A stretch of 64,000 bases of DNA. It comes from Curvularia clavata (taxonomy: Eukaryota). Location of the stretch: assembly GCA_023920165.1 (NCBI GenBank), contig CP089275.1, positions 2,666,001 through 2,730,000 of the forward strand, read 5' to 3'. Position 1 is the stretch's first letter, and every line of letters starts with the position of its first letter. The notes under the pieces are model-generated. The model did no database searches, had not been told where the DNA came from, and saw only the letters and a list, made by a program, of their open reading frames with translations. Shown here piece after piece: positions 13,194 to 27,104 of the stretch. Position numbers and translations under genes: made by a program.

Positions 13194-13676
13194 TTTGTGT
13201 AGGGTATCAATCAGATGGAATTTTGGTAAATGATGGCGCGACGGAAGAAATATGGGCAGAGGATAGATTTACGACATGTTTCGATTATCGCGACGTAATG
13301 TCTTTGTTAAGATTTGGACGAGTTTCAAAGTGTCGATAATGTTCAGATGGCTAATGGAAATATGCACATGCACATGTCTTTTTTGCACTCACATATTCTT
13401 GAGCCACTGAAATGCCCTATAGACGTTCATGTTTCCGCCCAACGTCTTTTGTGAGAACCGCACCAGTCATCCCATTGGGATTTATCGAATCAGACCTTTT
13501 GTCATTGCATTCCAGTAGAATAACGCCCATATCGTTTGAGCCTGGTTCACACCATATCATGAGATCCTAAAGAACGCCATGCTTGTTGCCAGATAAGAGA
13601 AGGAGAAAGAAACAAAAAAAGAAATGGCTGGAATCACAAAGGAGGAAATGCTAAAGAGAAGGCAAGGTATCATGAA

Positions 13677-15921
13677 TCAATGTGACAGCCATCGGTCCAC
13701 ATCATCGGCGACGTCCATATCTGCCTCGGGGTCGTCAACCGGCTCAGCGTCGTCTGCTTCGACCTTGATGTTCGCCTCTCCGTCAGTAGCAGAAGAATCA
13801 TCATCACTTTCTTCAAACCTGGTTGGATTCTCGCATGAAGTCGTAGTAGACGTGAGGCCACCAAAGGCGTCATTGGGGACCCAAGCAACGTCGAGCTTGG
13901 CTATATCAGGGATTGAGAGAGAATTGTCGAGAAACACCTCAGCCTCCCAGCGTTCCCTAAATGTGAGGATAAGGGTGTCGATCTGCTCTGGATGAGGCTC
14001 GATTGCCGTACAGCCAGAAACGTTCTAAAACGGTCAGCAAGACATAATCTACCCATAAAAGCTCATCTCACCAAAAGATACTGCCGCAGTGCTTCGTCTC
14101 TAGGAGTACCGGCCTTGACACCAGAAACAGCCAGTCGCCTGGGCCGGTTGTCGAGTCTTTTGACTGCACTACGCCCTCGGACCGCAGGCCCACGACCACG
14201 ATAGCCTCCTCTACCACGGCGAGGAAAGGAGGGAAAACCACGTCCTCGAGAATCTCCACGAGATGCGCCACCACCATAGCTCCGAACTAAATGATCATGA
14301 GGATCATATTGGTCGAAGAGCTCGGTAGCTTCAGCATGGAGAGCGTGTAAATCGCACGCGATTTCGTCCGCTCGTTCGCCTGACAGCTCAGCAATTTGTC
14401 GCCTGATCTGGTGCATCTCCTTGTCCTTCTCTTTAATCAGCTTCTCAATTTCTACCGCTCTGGCAGCAGCCTCTTCTTCTTTCCTAAGCCGTTCCTCAAA
14501 AGCTTTTTGTGCTGCAGCCTGCCTAACTGCAATAGCCTCGCGGTCGAGTTTCTCCTCTTGGTGATCTTCCGGTCGATACCAGTAGACCTTGACGAACCGA
14601 TTGTCAAATATTGCCTTGGGACTATGATAGGCTCGATTGGCGGCAGAGCGATCGTTAAATTTGATGATTGCCTGCTGCTTGCTGGTGTCCAAATCCACTT
14701 CGAGGACAGAGCCAAACTCTGAGAAATAGTTTCGTATACTGTCCTCATTGAGATTCTCGGAGGGAATTTGTTCGACTACGAGCGTTGCATTCGACGTATC
14801 ACTGGATAGTCCGAATTGAGAGAAGGGTACCCGTGGCTTACTGCCTTGAGTGGCATGACGGTGACCATTCAAAAGGCCGTGCTTCTTGGCCATTCCATGG
14901 GACTGTGCAGCAAGATGAGACTGTTCCGGATCATACTTGGGAATTTCTTGTGCTGGGACAGCAACAGCAGCGTCGCTGTGCTCAAAGGGACAGAGTTCAC
15001 CCATTACGCAAAATCCTCTTTCATGGTAGCTTGTGCATAGCTTCTTAGGACCCCTTTGGCTAGACTTGTTATCTTGGCTGTTTGACAACGACATAGACGG
15101 CATGCCAGCAAAGTTTGCACCCAAAGCTGCAGCCATCGCCAAAAAGGCCATGGGATCGGACATATCAAACGGAGGAGGCCCTGGCGGGGGCGCTGGAAGA
15201 TTTGCAAAGCTGGGCATGCGACTCATATCGTACAAGGGGTTTTGATGCACGTCGCCTGGTCTCGCATTTCTACCATTTTGTCGCTTCAAAGGCCTGCTTC
15301 CACTACTTGCGCCACGGCTGTAGTGCAGGTCTTGAGACTCTTGCGACTGACTGTTATCCTTTTCCACTAACTTGCGCTTCCTTGGATGATTCGATCCATC
15401 CGCTTGTGTGAGTGGTCGATCCGGCACGCGATGTGGTGCGGGAGGAACTCTAGTCGTGGCCGGACCTCTAGGCGCATTAAGCGGTGCATTTGAATGATGC
15501 GGCTCATAGTCGTGATTCGTGCTGCCGACTATTGACTGTATAGGCGCAGGAGGTGGAGGTTTTGGGAGATAGACCTTGTTCTTGAGCGCTGCGATGACAT
15601 CGTTTACGAATGATTCGGTGTCTTTCTATTGTTAGCCAACACTACTCTGCGCATGCACACCGTCGCCCGGCTTGAGCTTACTGTCTTTTAGAAAGTCCTG
15701 CAGCGACTCGATACAATTGCGCCGAAAATTTGCCTCTGGTTCGTCACCAGCAACAAGCGCAGTGACGTAGTCGGCAAGCACGTCAGTATCTGCATCTGAG
15801 CTGTTGTCTTTGTCAGTTTTCCAAATCCAAAGCGCTTTCGCGACAGTCCAACGTACATGGTCTCAAGCTTGGGTAGGATCCAGCTCTTGAAGGCAGCCTG
15901 ATCCTTTTCGGAAAGCCGCAT
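13677..15921 (-). CDS. PWI + CCCH zinc finger + RRM RNA-binding protein (RBM26/27, Rmn1-like); 3 introns
   Basis: PWI-like N-terminus FKSWILPKLETISDADTDVLADYVTAL, CCCH CTSYHERGFCVMGELCPFEH, RRM LVVEQIP...YFSEFG...AIFDNRFVKVYW, and RLDNRPRRL. Confidence 0.88.
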
Positions 15922-16431
15922 GGTTTTCCGCTCTTCTCCGAATCGCACGACGTTGTTGAGTAGACATAAGATTACAAACGTGGGTTTGGCGGCACGAGAC
16001 TGAAGCCAAAGCGCACGTACATGACCTCGCGTTTGCTCTTAGCGCGACCCCAGAGGTCATAGCTTCGCTGACCCGTGAGCACGTGAGCGTACTTGCCCCT
16101 CCACATTCACCGTCCTTCATCATCACATACACAAGAATATCAGGGCGACATCAAAAGCATGTTTATGTAATATAGTTTGATTTTCTCCAACTACACTACA
16201 CCAAGAACAGGCAAGGAAAAAATGGGTCATGATCCGTATCTTTCGTGCAAACCCGCAAAACCTGGTCGTAACGGGCAAATCGCCCGGACCGACATTTACT
16301 AGTTCTGGATGCCCTTAGAGCGAGCAATTCGTTTGCGTTATTCATGTACCAGCGGTTACGAGCTTGTTAATGACAGTCGGATAACCCAGACTCGCGAGGA
16401 AAGGAAATCTAGTGCTTTTGACAGTTTTCCT

Positions 16432-19267
16432 TTACAGCTTGTCGTAGTACTGCGCCACTTGTTAGCATATGCGTTTTTTGTGAGATTTACATGGAGACTT
16501 ACGTTGGAAACATCAGGTACTTCAACCTTGATACCCTTGCGCTTACGCATGTCGGCAACAGTCTTACCGACCATGGTAGTGGGGTCAAGTGGCGATCCAC
16601 CCTGGAGAACCTGCCAGTGGTCGAAGACCTGTTGAGGGAAGGCCTGGCCACCGGTGGCGGCACGGAGATCGGCGGTGAAACCGAAAGACTCCATGACGGG
16701 CAGGTAGGCCTTGACGTTGAAGAGAGGAGTACCAGGACGCTGGTTCTCCTCGAAGACGTGACCTCTCCTTCGGGTAAGGACACCGTAGATACCACCCATG
16801 GCCTGCTCGGGAACCTGGATTTCGCAGAGGTAGACGGGCTCGAGCAGAGAGGGCTCCGACATGAGAGTGGCGGCGTAGAGGACACGGCGCGCGGTAGGAA
16901 TGATCTGACCACCACCACGGTGAATGGCATCAGCGTGGAGAGTAACATCCTGGATGTTGAAGCGGATGGAGCGCATGGGCTCCTCAGCGATAGGACCTTC
17001 CTTGGTGGCCCACTGGAAACCAGAGACGACAGAGTCCTTGATTTCGCTCAGGTACTGGACGGCCTTGGTCTGGTCAATCAGCAAGTTGGCACCAGTGGTG
17101 TCGGGACCGAAGCACCAGATCTTGCGGGCGTCGGTGACATCCCAGCCGTACTCGTCAGCCAAGATACGGGCACGGGTCTTGATATCGTCACGGGGAGCAA
17201 TCTTGCCAGTCTCAATGGCCCTGGAGACCTCCTCGTCCAAGGGCTCGGCGTTGAGGTAGAGACGGTTGTGCTTGTTGGGCGACTTGGACAGAGCAACTTG
17301 GCTGGACTTGCCACCAACAGTCTCACGGTACTGGACGACGGGGTCCGAGATGCGGAGAGGAACACCAGCGTGGTCCTCCTCGAGATCCTTCAAGCAAATC
17401 TCCAAGTGCAGCTCACCGGCACCGGCGACAATGTGCTCACCAGATGGCGAGATGAAGGTCAGAACGCAAGGATCCGACTTGGAAAGACGCTTAAGACCTT
17501 CGACCAGCTTGGGGAGATCCTGGGCGTTCTTGACCTCGACGGAACGCTGGACGACGGGAGAGACGGAGAACTTCATGACCTTGAGGTTGTGGGCAGTCTC
17601 GTTGGTGGTAAGGGTACCAGACTTGAGCAAGAACTGGTCAACACCGACAAGACCGAGAATGTTACCGGCGGGGACATCCTCAATGGGCTCGACGAAACGG
17701 CCCATCATGAGAATGGTACGCTGGATAGCCTTGATGAACAGGTCGTCCTTCTTACCAGGGGTGTAGTTGGGGCCCTGGATGCGGACCTTGAGACCAGACT
17801 TGACGGTACCGGAGAAGACACGACCGAAAGCGTAGAAACGACCCTTGTCGGAAGTGGGCACCATCTTGGAAACGTACAGCATGAGAGGACCCTTGGGGTC
17901 GCAGTCACGGATACCAATGGCGTTGACATCGTCATTGGGACCCTCGTACAGAGTCTCCATACGGTACTTCTGGGCGGTAACGGGCGAGGGGAGGTGGAGA
18001 ACCATCATCTCAAGGAGAGCGTCGGCGGCGGGAAGGAACTTCCTCATGACGACCTTGAGGAGGGCCTTGCCCTCGAGATCCTTCTCATCCGAGGTGAGCT
18101 TGATCTCGAGCTTCTCGAGGAGAGTGGGGATCTCGTCCTTCTTGAAGTTCATGACAGCATTGAAGATGCGGAAAATGGGGTCCAAGATGAAGGTGTTGAA
18201 CGAACGCTCAAGAGCCTGGCCCTCGTGGGTGGCGGTCTTGGTCCACTTCTTGGTCTTGGGGTTGAAGTAGTTGTCGCCCCAAAGACGGTCCATCATCTTG
18301 TTCTTGTCAACACCAAACTTCTTGGCGTACCTGGAAGCGAACTGGCGGATGGTGAAGGCCCAGCCGTGAAGACCGGAACCGAAGGCAATGGTACCCTTCT
18401 CGGGGTAGACCTGGACATCACCGAGAGTCTTGTCGAAGTAGGTGGCAATGACGACGTTGACGGACTCGATGACACGGGAGAAGTTCTGGTACAGGTCCTC
18501 CTTGGAGAGCTGGAGCTCGAGAAGAGCACGGTCAACCTTGTTGATGATGACGACGGGCTTGATACGCTCACCGAGCGCCTGGCGGAGCACAGTCTCGGTC
18601 TGGACGCACACACCCTCGATGGTGTCGACGACGACGAGAGCACCGTCGGTGACACGGAGAGCAGCAGTGACCTCGGAAGAGAAGTCAACGTGACCGGGCG
18701 AGTCGATCAAGTTGATCAAGAAGTCGTTCTTCTCAGTCTTGACGGGGATGTCCTTGAGGTCCTCGGGGTCGTTGAGCTGGGCATACAGGGAGATGGCAGT
18801 CGACTTGATGGTGACACCACGCTCCTGCTCGTCGGCACGAGTATCGGTGAAACGAGCCTCACCAGCCTTGGCGGCGGAAATGATACCGGCACGCTGGACC
18901 AGCGAGTCGGTGAGGGTGGACTTTCCGTGATCGACTGTGGCGGGGTACGTCAGCCATGTGTGCTTCTGTGAGTTGCGGGGTTATCTTGGGGGCGCTTACC
19001 GTGGGCAATGACGGACATGTTCCTAATGTTCTTAGGGTCGTCCATGAGACCACGGATCTGGAGCCGTTGTCAGTATGCCATTCGAAAGCCTGTGGCCAGC
19101 CATTGTGGGCTGATGCGGTGCGGGGTGTTGCTGCTGCTGTGTGGGCAAAAGCGGGCTACGTACCTCCTCGACCGTGAAGCTGTCATGTTATTAGCTATTC
19201 GCTCGTGGTTGACAGATGGATGGGCGATGAAGCTCCTGGGGCGCAGACGAGAGACTTACTTGACCAT
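16432..19267 (-). CDS. EFT2: Translation elongation factor 2 (eEF2); 4 introns, including 8-nt and 16-nt coding micro-exons and an 18-nt last exon
   Basis: [50 protein letters not shown], the diphthamide loop [11 protein letters not shown] and C-terminal YYDKL. Confidence 0.98.
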
Positions 19268-21027
19268 TTTGGCGGTGTTGGTACTGTCTTCTTTTACGAA
19301 AATTCAGTAGTGGGGGTTGGGAGCAACGAATACCCCGCTTTGCACGCGCGGGCTCGAAGAATAGATTGAGGTTTGAGCTGAAGTCTCTGGCGCAGCAATC
19401 GACCAGAGTCAGACAGACGAGAGGTAATTGTAAGCCGTGGAGGCGGGCAGGCGTCTGGGTGAGGAGAGTTCTGCTGCGAGGGGGAGCGAAGGTTTTTAGG
19501 GCCGAGTGGTGGGGTCGGTCGCGCTTCTCTCGCTAATGCACGGCCCATGCTGGTGGCGCGAAAGTAACCTTCATGGCCCAAAGCAGCCGTCCGCCAGCGC
19601 CCTTTGCCATTGCTCTCCTACGTCTGAGCCCAATCGCCCGCTGGGCCCTCTGCTCTCCCACGGCGGCACATGGAACCACGATGCCATTTCTCTACGCTGA
19701 TGGCCGCCAGCCACGCCGTTTGGGGTTGCGACACTGCAGCCCAATGCGTGTCATTGGGTAGTGCTGCCACGCAAGTGGATCCTCATCATACAGAAATATC
19801 GTCACTGTGCACTCGAGCAACCATTTTGGCTTCGCTGCGCCCAAACATATGACTTCATCGATTCGAATCGAGTACTATAGGCAATCAAACGCCCTCGCGC
19901 GCAAGCTGCGATGCGTCACTCGCCTCTACGCTACTGCGACAATTGCTTTTGGCCAGCGACTAACTCGCCGGCGCCTCCAGATTCAGCTTTCTGCGGCAGC
20001 AAAACGCGAACGCCTGTTGCCGTGGAGCTGCATGCATGGGAGCCGTCTGGGCGCTCTAGGCAAGCTCTGCGCCCTATCCCTACTGTGGTCTGCCTCGACT
20101 TTGCTTCCACAGTCACGGCTGTGCCAGTCATGCGTGCACTTTGCTGAGCAGCGCTTAGAAATTCGCTCTCCATATGCATCCGCCACCTTTGAGCTGTCCT
20201 GAGTTCTGTCGGGCTTATCTCCGCTAATTCCGCCGCCCCCCAGATTGGTCGTAGACGTACTATACACATGGCACCGGTGGGAAGGATAGCATCTCCTGAA
20301 TGGAGTCTTTTCAGAATGGTGAAAAATACGCTTTGCATGATCCGGGGTCCTGGCTTCAGGATTAGCTAGCTGATTCCGGTGTCGCCGAGCTTGAGTCCTA
20401 AACAAATCCGAGATTTTTGGTATTAGAATACACACAAACGACTGTACGGACAACTGGTCGGCCATGGAACTTCCAATTTAAACACGGTCGAGATGCATGA
20501 AAGGAGTTGAGACTCCTTCTCCATCATCTACCTGTCCCTGTGCGCTGTCTGTTGCAACCGCCACCCATGCCACGCCTCTCGTTCGAGTCGTGGCAATCGT
20601 TGGAGTCGACTCTCACCCTATCCTGACTATTTTCCCCTGTGCGCCTCTTGTCCCTAGCCAATCTTTACCGCATGCCTTTGGCTTGATACAGTGTGTGGTA
20701 ATCTCCCCGTGCCTTTGGCCATGCGACAGTCTATGCCCATGTGTCCTCCTCATATCCGATTTTCATACCTGAGCAAGACGAAATACGAGTGAGACTATCC
20801 ATTAAAAAAGCCAGCACTTGCTTCTTCCTCATCGGACGGATTTTGTCTCGTTGCTCACCCACACAGACCGACCTTTTGCTGCTTGTTAGGCCAGGGCGAG
20901 CATGCCATGCCAATCCTTGGTATGGTCGGGCATCCTGATTGGCGACGTTCAGTGTCCCTTCTCCAGGATGGGATAGAGTTCCAGAAAAGGTATGCTTGGT
21001 GACAAATACAGGAACTCAAGCTCATAC

Positions 21028-22303
21028 TCAACGCACTCTTCCAGCTCTTGCCCTGTCTCGTTCCCGATCATCAGCTCTAGAGTCGTTGGGCACTTCGACT
21101 TCATACTCCTCTTCTTCAACCCTGTGAAACTTTTCCACCTCGGCGCGCTCGTCATGGGCCCGAGCTGCATCAAGCATGAACCTGACTGTACCATTCTGCC
21201 CACGAATACCAATAGCGGACTTGGGCGCATGCTCGGCGCCGGGTGACACGGCAATAGGAGTCGCTGGTGTAAGCGGGCTTGTAGGGCCGACGCCGTTACG
21301 GAACTTTGCACCGTTGCTGGTACCCCTGGCCTCTGATCCCATCTCCGATGCATATTGTGAATAGCGAGGAATGTTCGCAGCCGATGCTTCCTGATTCAGG
21401 CCGATGCGAATGTTGATAAAGTGCTCAAGCGTGTACTGAGGCCCCACAGATGTTGCGCTACGGTGGTGAGTGTACAGATCTAGGAGATCTAGCAGGGTTT
21501 CCATGACCTCTGCCCGGCTGGTCGCCCATGTGCTGTATTTGACAGGTCCCGCGTCGACGAATTCGGTCGTGTCCTTTCCGTGTAGTCTCGCTGCCAGCTC
21601 CAGACATGCAATGGCCATTGTGGGCGTCGATTGCTTCAAGGGCGCAAAAGTTCGGTACAAGTCGATGCTCAGATTCCATGTTGTCTTCGCCTCAGTGTTT
21701 GTGTCGAACCTCAGTGCCCGAGCAAGCTTGACCATGACCTTTTGCGGATACCGATTGCGAAAGTCGAAACCGGCACTTTCGAGCATGAGCCGTTCAAGAC
21801 CAATTATAAGCTTGGAATGACTCTCAAAGCGCTGGATACATGTTAGCTTCAGGTTCACAGTACAAGCACGAATACTAGGGCAAGCAAACAGGATCATCGC
21901 TACTCAATGCCTCACCAGGCCCCACTTTGAGGTTCCAATTCGCACATAGGATTTCCCTGCTCTTCTTCAACGTGTCCTCAATCTTGCATGCTGTGAAGAG
22001 TGCTGCCGCTGCCGCGTCTGCCCAGTTGTATTCGTTGTCGGCATGCAACAGTCGGAATTTGTGGTAATAAATCACGGCCGTATTGAAGGTGCGGATAGGC
22101 AGCTGTAGCGCTCGTCGTACTTGGTCAATCCACGCCACGCCTTGAAGGCGGACGGCATCTTCCTTTGCGTCGCTCATGTTGATGTCTGCGAGACATTTCT
22201 GCATGCGCGATTGTAGAATGTACGGCTTTGCGATTTCGATATACGACGGGTGAGGGCCGACACGATCGCGTTCACGGTCGGAGGGGGAGGTGCCAGGCGC
22301 CAT
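21028..22303 (-). CDS. CTK2: Cyclin subunit of RNA polymerase II CTD kinase I (Ctk2/cyclin K-like); 1 intron at about 21834-21890
   Basis: Cyclin box RLQGVAWIDQVRRALQLPIRTFNTAVIYYHKF...AALFTACKIEDTLKKSREI, then LERLMLES.GFDF. Confidence 0.85.
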
Positions 22304-22928
22304 GTCGCAGCAGTATTTACAGACTGTCACCAAGCGTGGTAGGGTCGTCTCGGAGGGAAGGATATGAATACAGATGTAATGGAGAGTTGTGAAAGCTTAG
22401 ACCAACAGCCTCCTTGTGTCCTTTTGCTTGGCGCGGGTTTCTCCGAGTATCCTGTGGGTTGTTCGGCACAGGTCCCAAAGACAAGGCCGCGCCTGAACAG
22501 CGATTGCAGGTTGTGAGTTGTCGCGAGCCCATCGGCATGTGGAGCGACGGACAGGCCAAAAGTTAGGTTAGGAGGTGGTCATAGCTTCTCTTGGGTTGAT
22601 CTGTGTTCAGAGCCATACGCGACATCACTGTAATGAAGCAAAGCCTTTACTAGTAGCGAGAAAAAAAATAGGCACGTTTTCTCTCATTTGCATTATCCTT
22701 TGTCTTATGTAGACCCGTTCCCCCTGGTATTATTTTATCCCATCTTGCACTGTACTCATCAAGCCCAAAAGGCCGTGATCATTAAATAATAAAATAAAGG
22801 CAAAGACACAGGCACAGCGACCTATGCCATGGGAGAATTATAAGTATAGCCTGCAAGACGAAGAATTCGCGTGCAAATGCAAGCAAAATTCGCCAAAAGT
22901 GCAGATTGCGAAGTGGAGCTTCCATCGT

Positions 22929-24713
22929 CTATGCAGTTGCTCGGTCCTTGAATGTAAGAAGGCAATCATCCTATGTAATGTAAGCAACGATGAAGTGTAC
23001 GCAGAAAGGGCCCAAAGACTTACCATGGGGAAGATGGTGGCGAAAACCTTGATGACTTCACTCTGGTCAGTGACCTTGTGGTGCCAGTCGAGCAACATGC
23101 TCGCCTTGCCAATCATCAACATAAGGTTAGCCTGGGCATACGTCTGTCCGAGGCAGTAGTGAGGGCCTGTGCCGAACACGAGCCAGTTCTTGGTTTGCTG
23201 ATCAGCATCACCAGTGATCCACCGCTCAGGCTCAAATGAGTCCGGGTTGGGGTAAGCCTCGGGATCATGGAGGGCCATGTAGGTTGTGGGGATGACCATG
23301 GAGCCCTTGGGCACAGTGTACTCGGGGGTGACGGGGAAGTCCTTCTTGGCGAGGTAGGGGACCATGATGACGGGAGGACGGTAGCGGAGAGTCTCCTTGA
23401 CGACAGCGCGAGTCCACTGGAGCTTCTCGATGGCATCGAGCGAGAGGGTAGCGTGAACATCACCATTTCTGGCCTTGATGTTCTCCTCGCGGATCTTGTC
23501 AAGGTACTCGGGACGGTCAGCCATGATCTGGAACAGCCAAGTAGCAGCAGACGACGTAGCGTCCTGCGAGGCGAAGAGGAACGTGAAGATAGTCATGGAG
23601 ATTTCGAGGTCGCTGAACCAGCGGATCACCGTGGCAGGCTTCTCCGAATCATCGACCTTCTCGCCCGCTTCGACCCTCTTGCGGTACTTCTCCGACTGGA
23701 TCATGTTGTCAACCCAGAAGTCGAGGATGCACTCCTTTTTGCCCCCAGCAGCCATGCGGACCTTGCTCTTGGCAGCACACTTGGAGAACTCGTCGAGAAC
23801 CATGTCAGCGCACTTCTTGCCATACCAGGTCTTGGTAAAGGGAATAATAATGGGGAAGTTGACGAGCTCAAGCGCAGCGGTAATCAGATAGTAGTCGTCG
23901 GCAATTTTCTTGACCGCCTCGTCGGAGCAGTAGTGGCCCACGAATGTGCGGCAACTGAGGGCCGTGATCATCAGACGGAACTGCTGCATCCAGGGAATGT
24001 GCTCGCCCTTGTTCTCTACCTGGGAAAGATGCACAAACTGCTTAAAGTAGGTGTTGTAGATTTCTTCCTGGCCCGGAAGGTACTGTTCAAGCGCCTGGCG
24101 AGTGAAGAGACTGTTCAAGCCTTTGCGGTAGTCGACATGGGCACGGCCGTCGAGGAAGACCCAGTTTTCAGGGCGCAGGAGCTTGTAGGCTACATCGACG
24201 ACACAGGGCTTAACAAACGTAGGCGAGTTGAAGATCTTGCGCGCCATGTCGCGGGTCGAGGCAATGACGACGAATCTGGCGGTAGCAGTTAGCGCCTGCA
24301 AAAACCTACGAGTCGTTGGCTCAGGGGAAGGGCGGTGTACTTGTGGAATACCGAGACACAGCTCAAAGGGCCGGACGACCATTTCTCGTGGTACTTTTTG
24401 AAGTCTGGGTTGACCGACTCGAGGAAGGGTCCGATGAAGGGGATCTTCCATGCAGGGCCAACGATAGAACCCTTATTCCAGATGTATTTGACTGGGTGTG
24501 GGTTAGCAATGGGTGCCAGACACGGGGCAATGGGGCAGTGAAGAGCGTACACTGGTCGTATGCAACAGCGGCAACGACGAGCGTCACGAGCAGCTTCCAC
24601 ACGGTGAAAGTGTTCAGTACGGACGAAACAAGGCCGGTGGTATCGAATTGGTGCAGGACATGAGCAGCTTGGGCGTCTGCCGTGGGCGAGACAAAACTCG
24701 CGTTGACAGCCAT
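22929..24713 (-). CDS. ERG5: Cytochrome P450 CYP61, C-22 sterol desaturase; 3 introns
   Basis: Motifs FTFLFASQDATSSA, KETLRYRPPV, the heme motif FGTGPHYCLG and C-terminal IKVFATIFPM|DDCLL. Confidence 0.97.
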
Positions 24714-25221
24714 GGTAGCGGTGTGAATGTCGCGCCGGGCTGGAGAGAAGGAGACGAGTCGCCGCACGCAGGTCGTCGGTCGAAGAAGTAGAAAAGACCA
24801 GAAAACGAGCGATTGAGGGCGGCCGAGTTAAATTCCCGTCGCCCCGAAGAGGGACAAGGGCTAAAAGAGGGTCTCTGAGGGTTTAATTGCAGGTCTTGGC
24901 GCGAGCACTGGCCGCGGCTCTCCTCTGTGCCCAAAGCGACAGCACGCCAAACCCAGAGGGCACAAGTCGCCGAACGGGCATTCGGGTCCAACAACTCCGG
25001 CGTGGCCGCCGCACGGCAGCCGGCAGCCAGTCGACGTAGTACAAGTAGTCTCGACATGCTGTGCTAGTATGTACGCAGTCAGACGACGCGGGTAGTTGGT
25101 TTTCAGGCACACATTTTCAGGCACACAGCCAATTGGCATCATCCTCAGATCCAGCGTCGCATGCTGATCACGCTACTACGGTAGGTGCATACCTACTCTA
25201 GCAAAATCAGGCCAATACATC

Positions 25222-26912
25222 CTACTTGACCGCCACTGGCCAAAATCTACCCTCCTTGGGGTGAACCGCCGCTCGACTCCATATGTGCTGCATGCCCCAT
25301 CGCTCCACAACTATGTCGTCCATGTCCTTTTCCTGCAGTCCAGGCAACTCCCGCAAGTACGAGTCGCCCTGCATTACGAAGAACTCCGCGTCCGAGGATA
25401 CCACACCGACACGCTTGGTCTTCTCCTGCCTGGTGTCAGCTTAAAAAGCAAGGTAATTCCTGCATGCACAACAATGACAGTCTCAACAACTATTGCAGGC
25501 CGAGGGCGTTGGACTTACGTATTCCCATTGCTTCTTAGTCAAAGCAAACACAGGCGTGATGTCCCTCGGAAATACGGCGACGCCAGGGTCATAGTGCGTG
25601 ACCTTGACCGAAACGTCTTCATAATCGTACATGGCCTTGTAGACCGTGTCTCTAATGCATTGCAGGAAGTTGATATAGTAGCGGCCACTGTCCATATTGC
25701 TGGGATCTGGCAGTTGACTCATGACGATAAACTCAATCTCGACTACACCTTTGGGGTGACGGTCTAAGTAGTATGTGAGCCCCTTGAGATAATTGCAGGT
25801 CCTGAGCAAGAAACGCTGTTCGTAGGAATATCTATCGAGAAGGTACTCTCTCTCGGGCTTGTCCATGAGAAAATGCTCAACCTAGTCGATCATCAGATGG
25901 GAGTCTAAATCTCATCAAGTTATCCAACAAACCTTGACCCGAACCTGCAGTTTCCGGATGTGTTCTGCCGCCAAAAATGGTGGTAACGGCGCCAGGTCTG
26001 GAGGGTGACGCGGAGCTAGACCGTCCACCCACTTGAGCATACTGTAGCCCGTGTGATGACCCAAGAAACGGCTGAGGGCTTTCTCGACAGTGCAAATAGA
26101 AAAGGTGTTGCGTGCGTAATACATCTTTTGCATCTCGTGCGAGACTTTTGGGCCCACGTATCTGGGATCAAGGAAATGAGTGCTCGGAAGCACCATGTCA
26201 CTAGGGGGCTTGTGGGTATGTTCTTCTTTGACCCTGCCATCTGGAAGGATAGTGTATTTGTTGTCCAACTCCATGTTGGTAATGTCTTGCTGAATGTGCA
26301 AGCTGGAGACACGCTTTATAAGCTCAGGGTCTACTTCCAGTGCATGGTCCCAGCCGGTCAATGTGCCGTCCGATTCAGGTACGCCTTCCGTGGGGTTGTC
26401 ATTTTCATCATCATCGACCAGCCAATCCATGGAGGCATCAGGGCGCGCATTAGGATTGGATGGTGGGGGATAGACGTAGGGCCGATCGTATGGGCGGAAG
26501 TGATAATAGGGACCAACTGGGATGGGGCGATCTGGATCCACACATAGGTATTCATAAACCATTTCACGTAGCTCCTGAGGAAGCTTCTCATACATCATGG
26601 TTGCCAGCTGGAGGCAGTCTGTCCGTGCAGAGTAGATGAGGGTTTTTTTATAGTCAGTGTCAAAGCGTTCAAGTTCTTTTTCAGCTTGAGCGAGATCACG
26701 TCGCAACCTTTCAACTCTACACACGTGTCAGCCAGGTGAATACCATACACAGCTGGACTGCCACCATCCTGTTCCAGAAATGCACTTGCGATAGTCAATC
26801 TGGGAAGAGTAGCAGCGGTCGGGCAGACTCACTCTTCGCGCTTTTTTTGGGCATGTGTGCTCAGGTGGCGCAAAGGCTCGTGCAATTGTTTGACATCGTA
26901 TGAGGCGTCCAT
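25222..26912 (-). CDS. Uncharacterised fungal protein (N-terminal coiled coil, F-box-like LPxELREMVY motif); about 3 introns
   Basis: ORF pieces join through canonical introns (…KKREE|VERLRRDL…; …VRVK|VEHFLMDK…). Contains MYEKLPQELREMVYEYL. Confidence 0.72.
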
Positions 26913-27104
26913 TGTCGAAATAATGATAGTAGCGTACACACCATGTTAGCAGGGAGACTGTAGGTGGACCACAAGGGAAAAAGACGTGACTCCGCGTGCA
27001 TAATTATCCTCCATTGGGAATAGCCCGCCCGCAACGCGTCGCGTGCCTACGTCAAGCCGACCAGCGCTCAACTTCACCAATGGGTTGACATACCATGACA
27101 TGAC

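Noticed and set aside
16491..18971. 826-aa antisense ORF opposite EF-2
   Set aside because: It mirrors the EF-2 coding exon and is explained by strong codon bias in a highly expressed gene. It has no recognisable domain.
19300..21000. 1.7-kb gap between EF-2 and CTK2 with several short ORFs
   Set aside because: I recognised no domain, splice-consistent gene model or ncRNA motif. An ncRNA cannot be excluded without a covariance-model search.
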